Assembly: GCA_027451945.1 (NCBI GenBank)
Contig: DAIDHT010000034.1
Location: 812-64,811 of the forward strand
DNA: 64,000 nt
Source of the DNA: Spirochaetales bacterium
GTDB taxonomy: Bacteria > Spirochaetota > Spirochaetia > JABEVK01
Reading direction: 5' to 3'
The notes under the pieces were generated by a model. The model had not been told where the DNA came from and ran no database searches. It worked only from the letters and a program-made list of their open reading frames with translations. Position numbers and translations under genes: made by a program. Positions 1-9,230 of this stretch are shown here, in pieces; position 1 is the first letter of the stretch, and each line of letters starts with the position of its first letter.

Positions 1-878
1 TAGATAAGTTTATTGTAATCGTTTTGTTTAATTCGTTGCCGTGTGATCTCTCTGTGGTTTTTGTGTATTGCAGAATTTACACCTGGCGTATCTATTATAC
101 AAATTCGGTTTTCTGTGTTTGCTTGAGATATCTTGAAGTGTAAAGCAATGCTATTCACTTTAGATTGATCTAAATTTGTTAGATGTTCGGGGTTCGCATT
201 GAGGTTTGGTGGAGATCCAGATAAGTGGATCCGATCATCTTCGAATGGTTTATTATAGATGTAGCAAAGATTACCGGTGCAGATTTCTTGGGATGTTCTT
301 GTTACTGGTTTTCCAACCAAAGCATTGATTAGAGTCGATTTACCTGCACTAACATTTGCTGTTACAATATAACGAATTTCCGGTTTTGAACTAAAGATTC
401 TATTACTTCGAAATTGTTTAGCTAACTGGAGATTAAATGTTTCTGTGTAGGGGGGGGGAGGATCGTTAAATAGAATCTTGAGAAGAATATCTACAACTAA
501 TGATTGGCGTTTACTTAAGTAATCTTTGAGGTATGTTGTGGCTTGGATAACTCTAGATTCATTAAAAAGAATTGTAGCAATATCACAAACTAACCAGTAC
601 CTGTAGGCTTTTCTCCAGGGTTTGATTCGGTTGTTAACTAACGATTTAGTCAGTCTTTTGATTTTTTTGCTATTTAATGTGGGTATTTTTGTATTTCCGA
701 CTATATTTGTTTGATATTGGTTAAGCCTAGCATTCGTATATTCATCGTTGTTCGCAAATAGTTGAACTGTGTATTCAAGCACAGTATAGTAATGAACTTT
801 GAGTTTAGATTTGCATAGAAGGATAGGGTGGCTTTTGAAGTCTATTGATTGTATAAAAATAGGGTTAAACATTCCCAT
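1..878 (-). CDS. Dynamin-family (dynamin-like) GTPase, 5' part only; runs off the left edge
   Basis: Manual translation from ATG 878: MGMFNPIFIQSIDFKSHPILL..., open for 292 codons to the window edge. G1-like TANVSAGKSTLINALVG (core 359-333), G2-like TSQEICTG, G3 IIDTPG (DTPG 92-81). AAGGA SD upstream. Absent from the ORF track because there is no stop in the window. Confidence 0.85.
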   Translation of the reverse strand, partial: MGMFNPIFIQSIDFKSHPILLCKSKLKVHYYTVLEYTVQLFANNDEYTNARLNQYQTNIVGNTKIPTLNSKKIKRLTKSLVNNRIKPWRKAYRYWLVCDIATILFNESRVIQATTYLKDYLSKRQSLVVDILLKILFNDPPPPYTETFNLQLAKQFRSNRIFSSKPEIRYIVTANVSAGKSTLINALVGKPVTRTSQEICTGNLCYIYNKPFEDDRIHLSGSPPNLNANPEHLTNLDQSKVNSIALHFKISQANTENRICIIDTPGVNSAIHKNHREITRQRIKQNDYNKLI

Positions 879-901
879 AAAAATTCCTTTTTTCCCCACT
901 C

Positions 902-930
902 ATTATTGTCCATTCTCTAACATCCGTCAA
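902..930 (-). promoter_or_regulatory. Sigma70-type promoter for the dynamin-like gene
   Basis: TTGACG (930-925), 17 nt spacer, AATAAT (907-902). Confidence 0.55.
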
Positions 931-942
931 ATTCTTTTTGTT

Positions 943-981
943 AAAAAAATCCCCTCCTGTCTTGGACGAAAGGAGGGGATT
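943..981 (-). terminator. Intrinsic terminator of the Ig/RCC1 lipoprotein gene
   Basis: Stem AATCCCCTCCT (948-958) / AGGAGGGGATT (971-981), followed on the minus strand by a 7-U run, just after the stop at 997. Confidence 0.85.
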
Positions 982-996
982 CGTTAGCAATTCATC

Positions 997-3573
997 TTAT
1001 GGTAGGTAGGCTTGTTGCAGGGTCGGGTGCGGATTGGTGTCCGAGGCTCCGATTCCAAGCTCGCCACTGGTATTGGTACCGCAAGTCCACAGGCTGTAAT
1101 CGTTCTTGAGAACGGCGAGTTGAGTGAAGGCAGAAACATTCGTAACACCGGTGGCGACTTGTTGAAAGCTTGAATGAACAGTGGTATCACTGGTCCCCAG
1201 GCCTAGCTCCCCGTTGGTATTGTCTCCGCAGGTCCAAAGTGTTCCGTCGTTTTTGACAATCGCCGAAAAGTTGTTGCCGGCAGCCATTGCGATAACGTTA
1301 GTTGCCGTTAAGATTGGCGTTGTGGCACTGGTAGTTGTTCCGTTACCCAACTGGCCCTGAGCATTGTAGCCAAAGGCCATCAGGTTGCCATTGGTGAGTA
1401 AGGCCAGCGTAAAGCCCTGAGGAGAAAAGTTGTAGTTGGCGCTTTGTGAAGCCGAAACGGCGGCAACATTGGTGAGCACCGCTGCTGGTACCGAATAGGA
1501 GCCTGAAACCCCTAATTGGCCGGAACCGTTATACCCCCAGGCGTACAAAGAGTGATCGGCTTTGATGGCAAACGAGGTCCCTACGCCGGCAGTGACCGCA
1601 ATGGCACCGGTAAGAACCTGAACAGGCGTGGTGCGTGCTGTTGTGCTACCATCACCTATTTGACCCCATGTGTTGTTACCCATGGCCCACACCGAGCCGT
1701 CCGCTTTAAGAATCAAGGTATGGCCGTCACTACCCGAAGCCACAGCTTGGACCCCCGTCATTATCTGCGTAGCATTACCGTAGAAGAATGACCACAGGGA
1801 AGCATCGGTTTTTACTGCTAACAAACCGATTGTCGATGAATATGGGCCAGTGTAATTCCAGAAACTTGACACCGACTGAACATTCGAAAGGATTTCAATA
1901 GGTTTGAGGGCGTTAATGCCGGGTACGTACCCCATGAGCCAGAGCGTTCCATCCGACTTTAAGGCGGCCGTAAAGTTTTGACCGGCCACCGTTTGAACAA
2001 TTTGTGTAGTGGGTGTCGCACTCACCGAAAACTGAACGGTCGCTGAACCGCTGGTAGTGGCTCCCCCGGTGGAGGAGGTAGCTGTAGCGACGGCACTCAA
2101 CCAATACATTCCTGACGTTAGGGTTGAGCCTAGAGTGAGGGTAGAGGAGGCCTGGTTGGGGACAACAGTTCCATTAAGCGACCAGACATACGTTGGCGTA
2201 TTAGACATGTAGGGAACACTGGTGCTCGCAATGACCGTCATCGACGCCCCTTGTTTTAAACAGTTCGTATAGCCCGACAGGGTCACTGTTAAAGGGGTTT
2301 GTGTGTTGCTCGAAAGCGACAGATTGACCCCTCCGGTTGAGGTTAGGGGGTAAACTGTCACGGCACAGGTGCCGGTAAACGACCCATCTGTTGAGGTGGC
2401 CTTAATATTGGCTGTTCCAGCGGCCACGGCGGTAACGAGCCCTGAGCTCGAAACGGTGGCAACTGTGGGAGTATCGCTCGACCACGTCACATTCTGATTG
2501 GTAGCATTAGCAGGGGCAATAGTCGCGGTTAATTGTTGAGTCGAACCAACCCCAACGCTCGCAGTTGTTGGGGCCACCGTTAGTCCTGTGACCGAAACTG
2601 GGGTTGCTGTTACCGTGACGGCACAACTGGCAGTTTTGGCTCCGTCGTCGGTGGTGACGGTGATGGTGGCACTACCGGCACTGACACCTGTAACCAGACC
2701 GGTTGCCGAGACTGTGGCAACCGTGGCGGCGGATGTGCTCCAGGTCACTTTTTGGTCGGCGGCATTGGCAGGCAGAATTGTATCGAATAATTGCTCAGTC
2801 CCATTTACCGCTAAGGTTGTGCTACCCTTATTCAGGGTCACGCCCGTGACAGGACCTGCTGGAACGGTACCGGTCAGAACAGCATTGGTCAGTGTCCACG
2901 AGCCGGTCGTGGGTTGGCTAGCTATAATCTCGACGGTCTCGGTATCTCCCCACCAAACCTTTGCGGGGGTCACCGACGTGTCTTCGAGTTGTAGGGACAG
3001 GGTGTAATAGCCATTGGTCAAGGTTGTTGAATTATAGGTAGCGGTCGTTCCCGCCACGGTAAAGGTGAGGTTTTGAGTACTTCCTCCCGTTGGCGTCAAG
3101 GTGGCCACCACCGAGGGGGTCGTCAAAAGCCCGGTAGGCCAGTTAAGTGACAAATTCAACGTGCCAGGCCCGGCAATCGGGGTACAGACAATGCTGGCGG
3201 GGGTGTTGGTATTAGCCACAACCGTAACGTTGACTGTACCGCTAACAATCGAGGTTCCTGCAGCATTCAGACCAGTGGCAACAATCTTCCAGGCGCCCAC
3301 AGCTAGGGTGGCGACATAGTTCCCACTCACGTTGTTGGCGGTCATGTTCGCTCCCGAAGGACCGGTGCCGGTAAGGTTATAGGTCGTGACATTCATGTCG
3401 ACCGTAGGAACCAAGCTACGTGCCGTGTTGGCGCCGAGGCTGATGGTTAATTTGCCCGAGTTTGACGGCGCTGAAGAGGGGGTTGAACTTACAGGGGTGT
3501 TACACCCCGACAGAACAAGGACAAAAAGTCCCATAGCCCCCAACAAAGTGGGAATAAACTTAGCTTTTTTCAA
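997..3573 (-). CDS. Surface lipoprotein with two Big_2 (Ig-like) domains and a C-terminal RCC1/BLIP-II-like beta-propeller
   Basis: TTG start after AAGGAG; lipobox LSGC24; two Big_2 repeats (VTWSTSAATVATVSATGLVTGV; VTWSSDTPTVATVSSSGLVTAV); repeated WAMGNNTWGQIG / YAWGYNGSGQLG / WTCGDNTNGELG motifs. Confidence 0.85.
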   Translation of the reverse strand: MKKAKFIPTLLGAMGLFVLVLSGCNTPVSSTPSSAPSNSGKLTISLGANTARSLVPTVDMNVTTYNLTGTGPSGANMTANNVSGNYVATLAVGAWKIVATGLNAAGTSIVSGTVNVTVVANTNTPASIVCTPIAGPGTLNLSLNWPTGLLTTPSVVATLTPTGGSTQNLTFTVAGTTATYNSTTLTNGYYTLSLQLEDTSVTPAKVWWGDTETVEIIASQPTTGSWTLTNAVLTGTVPAGPVTGVTLNKGSTTLAVNGTEQLFDTILPANAADQKVTWSTSAATVATVSATGLVTGVSAGSATITVTTDDGAKTASCAVTVTATPVSVTGLTVAPTTASVGVGSTQQLTATIAPANATNQNVTWSSDTPTVATVSSSGLVTAVAAGTANIKATSTDGSFTGTCAVTVYPLTSTGGVNLSLSSNTQTPLTVTLSGYTNCLKQGASMTVIASTSVPYMSNTPTYVWSLNGTVVPNQASSTLTLGSTLTSGMYWLSAVATATSSTGGATTSGSATVQFSVSATPTTQIVQTVAGQNFTAALKSDGTLWLMGYVPGINALKPIEILSNVQSVSSFWNYTGPYSSTIGLLAVKTDASLWSFFYGNATQIMTGVQAVASGSDGHTLILKADGSVWAMGNNTWGQIGDGSTTARTTPVQVLTGAIAVTAGVGTSFAIKADHSLYAWGYNGSGQLGVSGSYSVPAAVLTNVAAVSASQSANYNFSPQGFTLALLTNGNLMAFGYNAQGQLGNGTTTSATTPILTATNVIAMAAGNNFSAIVKNDGTLWTCGDNTNGELGLGTSDTTVHSSFQQVATGVTNVSAFTQLAVLKNDYSLWTCGTNTSGELGIGASDTNPHPTLQQAYLP
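2353..2853 (-). repeat. Tandem Big_2 domain duplication (aa ~241-321 and ~327-407)
   Basis: Two ~81-aa units with matching VTG...PANA..Q.VTWS...VATVS..GLVT.V.AG.A.I.....DG..T..CAVTV pattern. Confidence 0.8.
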
Positions 3574-3711
3574 AAATATCTCCTTTAGATTAAATAATAA
3601 TTAAATGAATACAAATTAGATTTTAACTTACTTCACCGTGAGAAGCAAGCAGTCAAGCACAAAGCGGACTTTTTAAGGACATAATTCCTCGCGTTCTTCT
3701 GCTCTTCGCGC

Positions 3712-4071
3712 TTACCTCACCAGGCAGAGCAACACGGCCGCCGTACCCCAAACGCTGGTGACCAATACCACAGCGGTCTTTTTTAGCAGGGTCTCTTCTA
3801 CAAAGTGTTTTAGAGGAAGGGGGAGTGGGCCTTGGAGCAAGGTTTTTATGAAAGGGCCGTACTTCAGCACGATTTTGAGGTCTTTGGCGATTTTTCCCAA
3901 GAAAACACCACCCAAAAGCATTAGACTTAACAAGGAATAGCTGGGCCAAAAGCAAAGGGTGAGCGAAACCAGTGCCAGAGTCCCCATGGTCACGCCCAGA
4001 CTTTGCCGTAGGTGCTGGTTAATTTGGGCTTCCCACTGCTGTAGCTGTGAGGGGTTTTGAATGTCTGTCAT
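3712..4071 (-). CDS. Small hypothetical membrane protein (~3 TM)
   Basis: 119 aa, AGGAGG SD before ATG, three hydrophobic stretches. Confidence 0.6.
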   Translation of the reverse strand: MTDIQNPSQLQQWEAQINQHLRQSLGVTMGTLALVSLTLCFWPSYSLLSLMLLGGVFLGKIAKDLKIVLKYGPFIKTLLQGPLPLPLKHFVEETLLKKTAVVLVTSVWGTAAVLLCLVR

Positions 4072-4164
4072 GGCGGCCTCCTAGACAGAGGTTACAACCC
4101 TTGCTGAAAGCTATATTCAGCACTTTAAATTCGGTACAAAAAAATTTTGATGTAGAGTAGTGAT

Positions 4165-6018
4165 ATGAATGGTGATGAGGCGTTGAGCAGTGTAAATGAA
4201 CTCCCCCAAGGCACCTTGCTGATTAATTCGGCCGTTGATGCCGTTTTAACTACCATTCCCGATGGTCGGATTATCAGTGCCAACCCGGCGGCGTGCCGGA
4301 TGTTTGGCTATTCTGAAAAAGAAATTCGTGAAGGGGGGCGGGGCTTGTTGGTTGAGCAGTCTGACCCTCGCTTGCCCCTACTGTTAGAACGCCGCCGTAA
4401 AAGTGGCCGTGTGGTAGGGCAGTTAACGTTTTTACGCAAAGATGGCAGTCGTTTTGAAGGTGAAGTCTCCTCCTCACTCTTTAAAGGGCTAGAGGGCCAA
4501 GTTTTTACCAGCATGATTATCCGCGACCTGTCGCAAAGGTATTGGCTAAGCGACCACTTATCTACGAGCGAAGCGAATTTCTACCAAATGTTCGAAACGA
4601 TGCCGGTTGGTATCACGATCACCGATATCGACGGTAAAATAATCTATTCTAACCCCTCGGCGGAGCGAATTCTTGGTGTGACGTCCGAAGCTCACCGACA
4701 ACGAAGTATCGGAGGAACGGACTGGAAGATCATTCACCCCGACGGCTCGCTGATGCTTCCTGACGAATACCCTAGCATAATCGCGTTAAGGGAACAGCGG
4801 CCTGTTCAAAACGTTGAAATGGGAGTCTATCGCGGCCAAGACGATCTGGCCTGGATCATTGTTAATGCGGCACCTTTTTTACAAAAGGGCGTGCTCATTG
4901 CCTACGAAGATATTACCGAAAGGAAAAAAGCCGAGGCCGAAGCCCGTCGGTTAGCCGCCGCTGTCGAGCAAGCGGGGCAAGCGGTTCTTATCCTTAACCC
5001 ACAACACCAACTGGTGTATGCCAACCCGTCAGCCCTAGCCTTGTTTGACAGTAACCTTGTCGAGGGACAAGAGTGGAGCTTCTTGACTCATGCTCGTGAA
5101 CCTCATTTGGTCGAGCAGTTGTGGCAGACTTTAGCCGAGGGGCGGCCGTGGTCGGGGACTCTTACCTTTACCAGGAACGAGGCACCCTTGGTGTTGTTTT
5201 TTAGCGCGGGCCTAGTGCGGCAAGATGAGCATTCCGGTCCAGCCTTCGTTTTGACAGCCACCGATGTTACCGAGTGTACGGTGTGGGAAGAGCGTTTGAT
5301 CAACTCTCAGCGCCTAGAATCCATAGGTACCTTGGCCGCCGGTATAGCCCACGATTTTAATAACCTGATGGCAGGAGTTTTTGGGTTTATTGATATTGCC
5401 GGTATGTTAAGTACAGACGAGAACGTCACCAAATACTTGAGTAAAGCCAAGCAGGCCATTGACCGTGCCCGTAAACTCACCGGGCAGTTGCTGACCTTTG
5501 CCAAAAGGCAAAATACCGAGATTCGGCTGTCGCCTCTGTTTCCGCTGGTGAGTGAAACAGTTGAGTTGGCTCTCAGCGGCTCGCATGTCCAGGTGTCTTA
5601 CGATGTTGACGAGGGGCTGGCCGCCTGCCTTATCGATACAGCGCGGATCTCTCAGGTTATCGAGAACGTTGTTCTTAACGCCAGGCAAGCTATGCCCCAG
5701 GGCGGTGTTTTGACACTTCGTGCCCACAATAGGGTGGTCGATGCCTCCGAGGGCGACAAAGTCCCTCCAGGGCGCTACGTTGAGCTTGAGTTTTACGATC
5801 AGGGAGTGGGAATTGCCCCCGAGCATTTACCACGGATCTTTGACCCGTTTTTCACGACAAAACCACAGGCACAGGGTTTGGGCTTAGCGACCAGCTACTC
5901 GATTCTGACTCAGCATCACGGCTTTATTTTTGTGCAATCTCAGCAGGGCCAGGGAACGTTGGTCCGTATCTTTTTACCGGCGGCCGAGGCTATAATAACG
6001 CCTCAGGAGGGGCTATGA
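4165..6018 (+). CDS. Cytoplasmic multi-PAS sensor histidine kinase
   Basis: Three PAS-like segments (ANPAACRMFGYS, SNPSAERILG, ANPSALALF); H-box AGIAHDFNNL; N-box VLNARQAM; DQGVGI; FDPFFTTK; GLGLA. No receiver domain. Confidence 0.92.
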   Translation: MNGDEALSSVNELPQGTLLINSAVDAVLTTIPDGRIISANPAACRMFGYSEKEIREGGRGLLVEQSDPRLPLLLERRRKSGRVVGQLTFLRKDGSRFEGEVSSSLFKGLEGQVFTSMIIRDLSQRYWLSDHLSTSEANFYQMFETMPVGITITDIDGKIIYSNPSAERILGVTSEAHRQRSIGGTDWKIIHPDGSLMLPDEYPSIIALREQRPVQNVEMGVYRGQDDLAWIIVNAAPFLQKGVLIAYEDITERKKAEAEARRLAAAVEQAGQAVLILNPQHQLVYANPSALALFDSNLVEGQEWSFLTHAREPHLVEQLWQTLAEGRPWSGTLTFTRNEAPLVLFFSAGLVRQDEHSGPAFVLTATDVTECTVWEERLINSQRLESIGTLAAGIAHDFNNLMAGVFGFIDIAGMLSTDENVTKYLSKAKQAIDRARKLTGQLLTFAKRQNTEIRLSPLFPLVSETVELALSGSHVQVSYDVDEGLAACLIDTARISQVIENVVLNARQAMPQGGVLTLRAHNRVVDASEGDKVPPGRYVELEFYDQGVGIAPEHLPRIFDPFFTTKPQAQGLGLATSYSILTQHHGFIFVQSQQGQGTLVRIFLPAAEAIITPQEGL

Positions 6019-6593
6019 ATCCCGCTGTCGAAGCTTTGATCGAGCAAGCCGGCCGTTGGACAGCCGAGTTTGCCCTGTTGCGCCAACTCGCACTGTCGAG
6101 CGGCCTGGACGAGACTATTAAATGGGGCCAACCTTGTTACACGCTCAACGACCGAAATATAGTTTTGATTCACGGCTTTAAAGAGTACTGTGCCTTGCTG
6201 TTTTTTAAAGGGGCCTTGATGCAAGATCCTGAGAACCTGCTGATCATTCAAACCGAGAATGTTCAGGCTAGCCGTCAAATTCGGTTCACTAGCCTTGACG
6301 AGATCGCTTCGCGGCAAGAAGTGCTCAAAGCTTACCTTCGTGAAGCCGTTGCCGTCGAAAGGTCGGGGCAAAAGGTCGCCTTTAAACCCACGGCTGACTT
6401 TCCTGTTCCTGACGAGTTGCAAGACCAATGGGATTCGGACCCTGCGTTTGTCGAGGCCTTTCATGCCCTGACCCCCGGGCGTCAACGGGCGTACTTGTTG
6501 CACTTTGGCGAACCTAAGCAAGCCAAGACCAGGCTTGCCCGCATCGAGAAGCACCGCGAGCGGATTTTGGCCGGCAAGGGCCTCAACGATTAG
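6015..6593 (+). CDS. YdeI/OmpD-associated family protein (DUF1801 + OmdA-like)
   Basis: ETIKWGQPCYT, FKEYCALLFFKG, FHALTPGRQRAY...KQAKTRLARIEK; ATGA overlap with the kinase. Confidence 0.88.
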   Translation: MNPAVEALIEQAGRWTAEFALLRQLALSSGLDETIKWGQPCYTLNDRNIVLIHGFKEYCALLFFKGALMQDPENLLIIQTENVQASRQIRFTSLDEIASRQEVLKAYLREAVAVERSGQKVAFKPTADFPVPDELQDQWDSDPAFVEAFHALTPGRQRAYLLHFGEPKQAKTRLARIEKHRERILAGKGLND

Positions 6594-6640
6594 AAAAAAT
6601 TCTGCTGGTCAACTTTAGGAAATCGATTTACAATCCTTTT

Positions 6641-8002
6641 ATGAAACATATCTTGTTGGCGTTATCATTGGTTTGGCTGGTTACCGCCTGTTCGACGGTG
6701 ACAGCCTCGTCTCACTCTGTGGCGGACTCGTATGTCCCTGTGACGGGGGCTAGTCCACTTCCCGAAAGCCTTGTCAGCTTTTCGGTGAATGTGCAGAGTG
6801 TTAACTATCGGGCGGTAGTAAACCGCTTCACCCATGCCGTGACCCTGTACCTGCCCCCCGGTACCAGTGTCACCAGCCTGACCCCTTCAATTACCACGGC
6901 GGCCGGTCTCACCGTGTCACCCAGCGGGGCTCAGGACTTTTCATCGCCGGTGACCTATAAGGTGTCTGATGGGTCAACCTATACGGTTACCGTGAATACC
7001 ACCGTGCCATCGGCGGCTCAGGTGAACTCCTGGTTGGGAACCGGAATCAACCTCGGCAACGACTTAGACGCTTGGCCGGGCGACGAGGGCTCGTGGACCA
7101 ACGGAGTGGTGGCCCAAAAGACCTTCTTTGACGACTATAAGAACCTGGGGTTCAGCTCTGTGCGTGTTCCCATTACTTGGGGCATGGCGTCGAACCCCTC
7201 GGACCGCTTAAGCGCCACCAGCCCCTATTCGATCAACCCAGCGTTTTTGGCTCGGGTCGATCAGGTTGCTGGCTGGGGCATTGATGCGGGTTTAACTGTT
7301 GTGATCAATGCTCACCACGAGAACTGGATCCGCACCCTGACGGGTTCGGCGATGACCGCTCAGCTACCCCGCTTCGAAGCTCTGTGGACACAGATTGCCC
7401 AGCATTTTGCTGGTTGGCCGCCTCAGCTCGTCTTTGAGATTTTAAACGAACCTCAGCCCCCTGCGGGTAGTTCAACCGGCGGCATGACGAATGCCGACTT
7501 AAAAGTGCTCAACCAGGATATTTTGAATATCATTCGCAAATACGACCCCACTCGTGTGGTGATTGTGGGGGCAAATCAATGGAATTCCCTATCATCGTTG
7601 GTGGGCGGAACCTTCTCGTTACCGGTTGATTCAGCCGCCGGTGGTCCGTACCTGATCGCCACGTTCCACAACTACAACCCCTGGTCGTTTGCCGGGCAGT
7701 CGTCAGGAACCTGGGGGTCGTCGAGTGACATTGCTTCGATGAAAGCACAGCTGGATATTGCCGCCGCGTGGGGTAAGCAAAACAACGTTCCCTTGTATAT
7801 GGGGGAATACGGTGTGACCCACCAGTACAATGGGATGAGTACCGACCCGACCTCGCGCATCGCTTGGTATACCCAGGTGACTCAGCTTGCCCGGGCCGAT
7901 GGAATCTCGATGGCACTTTGGGATGACTACGGTGACTTTAAGCTCTATGGGCGGGTAAGCCGCACCTTCGAGTCGGCGGTTCTCAAAGCGGTGCAACCGT
8001 AA
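6641..8002 (+). CDS. Glycoside hydrolase family 5 (endoglucanase-like) lipoprotein with N-terminal Ig-like domain
   Basis: Lipobox VTAC; GINLGNDLD; SVRVPITW; VINAHH; acid/base FEILNEP; FHNY; nucleophile YMGEYG; LWDD. Confidence 0.9.
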   Translation: MKHILLALSLVWLVTACSTVTASSHSVADSYVPVTGASPLPESLVSFSVNVQSVNYRAVVNRFTHAVTLYLPPGTSVTSLTPSITTAAGLTVSPSGAQDFSSPVTYKVSDGSTYTVTVNTTVPSAAQVNSWLGTGINLGNDLDAWPGDEGSWTNGVVAQKTFFDDYKNLGFSSVRVPITWGMASNPSDRLSATSPYSINPAFLARVDQVAGWGIDAGLTVVINAHHENWIRTLTGSAMTAQLPRFEALWTQIAQHFAGWPPQLVFEILNEPQPPAGSSTGGMTNADLKVLNQDILNIIRKYDPTRVVIVGANQWNSLSSLVGGTFSLPVDSAAGGPYLIATFHNYNPWSFAGQSSGTWGSSSDIASMKAQLDIAAAWGKQNNVPLYMGEYGVTHQYNGMSTDPTSRIAWYTQVTQLARADGISMALWDDYGDFKLYGRVSRTFESAVLKAVQP

Positions 8003-8029
8003 ATAACCCAAAATAGAGACGAGCTTTCG

Positions 8030-9220
8030 TTAAAAGCCTAGCTTCACGTCAACGGCGGCCATGACGCCGTCCGTGAAGCTTTGGACAAAGTCGGTAGAGG
8101 TGCCTCCCACCGCTAAATCCACTTCAAACAGACGAACATTGAGGCCCAGCCCTACCATCTGGCTCCATAAGCCGTACTGGTAGTCGGAGTTAAAACTCAG
8201 GTGGGCCCAATGGCGTCCGTCTATGACCATTTTGAGGCCGCCGTTGAGGTAAACGCCGTTCCAAACCCCTACACCAAGACTGGGGGTGAAGGACAACCAG
8301 GGGTCACTGAACGGGTACAACGAAACCACGGCCCGTGCTTCAAACGGGCGAATCACACTGATCGTCCCCAGGGTTTGGGTCCAGGAGCTTGTCGAGGTGG
8401 TTTTAAAGGGATTCCCCGAGTTGGTCGACGGGTCTACGGTTGTTACGGTTTCGGTGGCTTGTAAGATCGAGCCCTGTGTCATTTGTGCCGGAACTAAGGG
8501 GAGGTTAACTAACCTTCCCCCCACGGTTAACCAAGGGTAGAACGCATAATCGGCTTCTGCCGTGAGATCAAAGCCCCCTGAGATTTGAGGAGGCCCGATG
8601 GTCGAGGAGGTAGAGTTAGGGAGTCCGACGACGCTGTAAACGGGAATGGTGGCTTGTGTTATAGCTGTCGTTCCTGACGATGAGGTGGACAAGGAGTAGG
8701 AAACGTTAATAGCATCGATGTGTAGTAAAGGAACAAAATATGTCGGACTTAAACTGAAGTGCCATTTTTTCCACTTTAAGCCAGCATTGAGCCCGAAATC
8801 AAAAAAAACGTCCCCTTTAAAATTTTGTGGAGTCCAACCGGCTGAAGATGTTGAGCCATTCGGTCCGGTTCCGTTGGCGAGGAATGATAAAATTGCCTCA
8901 GGAATTGTGGCCAGACCATAGATTTCTGCCCCGCCAAAAAGTCCAAATTGAAGGTCATTGGTGGGAGTAATTGATAATCTAACCTGGCTATTAGCTAACG
9001 TCGATACGGTAAACCCCTCTGGATTTAGGGTTTGCGCCATCGCATTGAAGTCGACCACCAAGGGATTATTAAAGAACGCAGAAATTGGGAAGTAGTTGTT
9101 ACTGATCCCAGCTTCACTATGAACATCTAATTCCACTACTCTGTCAGGCCACTCTGCCCAAAGCGATGAACTCAGAAATAAACCGAGAAAGAAGGCAACT
9201 ACTAGCGGAAAGATTTTCAT
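8030..9220 (-). CDS. Putative outer-membrane beta-barrel protein (DUF5723-like)
   Basis: Signal peptide (SSLWA), many alternating amphipathic strands, C-terminal beta-signal DVKLGF; 10 nt after the large lipoprotein gene. Confidence 0.65.
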   Translation of the reverse strand: MKIFPLVVAFFLGLFLSSSLWAEWPDRVVELDVHSEAGISNNYFPISAFFNNPLVVDFNAMAQTLNPEGFTVSTLANSQVRLSITPTNDLQFGLFGGAEIYGLATIPEAILSFLANGTGPNGSTSSAGWTPQNFKGDVFFDFGLNAGLKWKKWHFSLSPTYFVPLLHIDAINVSYSLSTSSSGTTAITQATIPVYSVVGLPNSTSSTIGPPQISGGFDLTAEADYAFYPWLTVGGRLVNLPLVPAQMTQGSILQATETVTTVDPSTNSGNPFKTTSTSSWTQTLGTISVIRPFEARAVVSLYPFSDPWLSFTPSLGVGVWNGVYLNGGLKMVIDGRHWAHLSFNSDYQYGLWSQMVGLGLNVRLFEVDLAVGGTSTDFVQSFTDGVMAAVDVKLGF

Positions 9221-9230
9221 AGCTGGCCCC

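Noticed and set aside
799..987. 62-aa plus-strand ORF
   Set aside because: Antisense to the dynamin start and spans its promoter and the terminator; no protein features.
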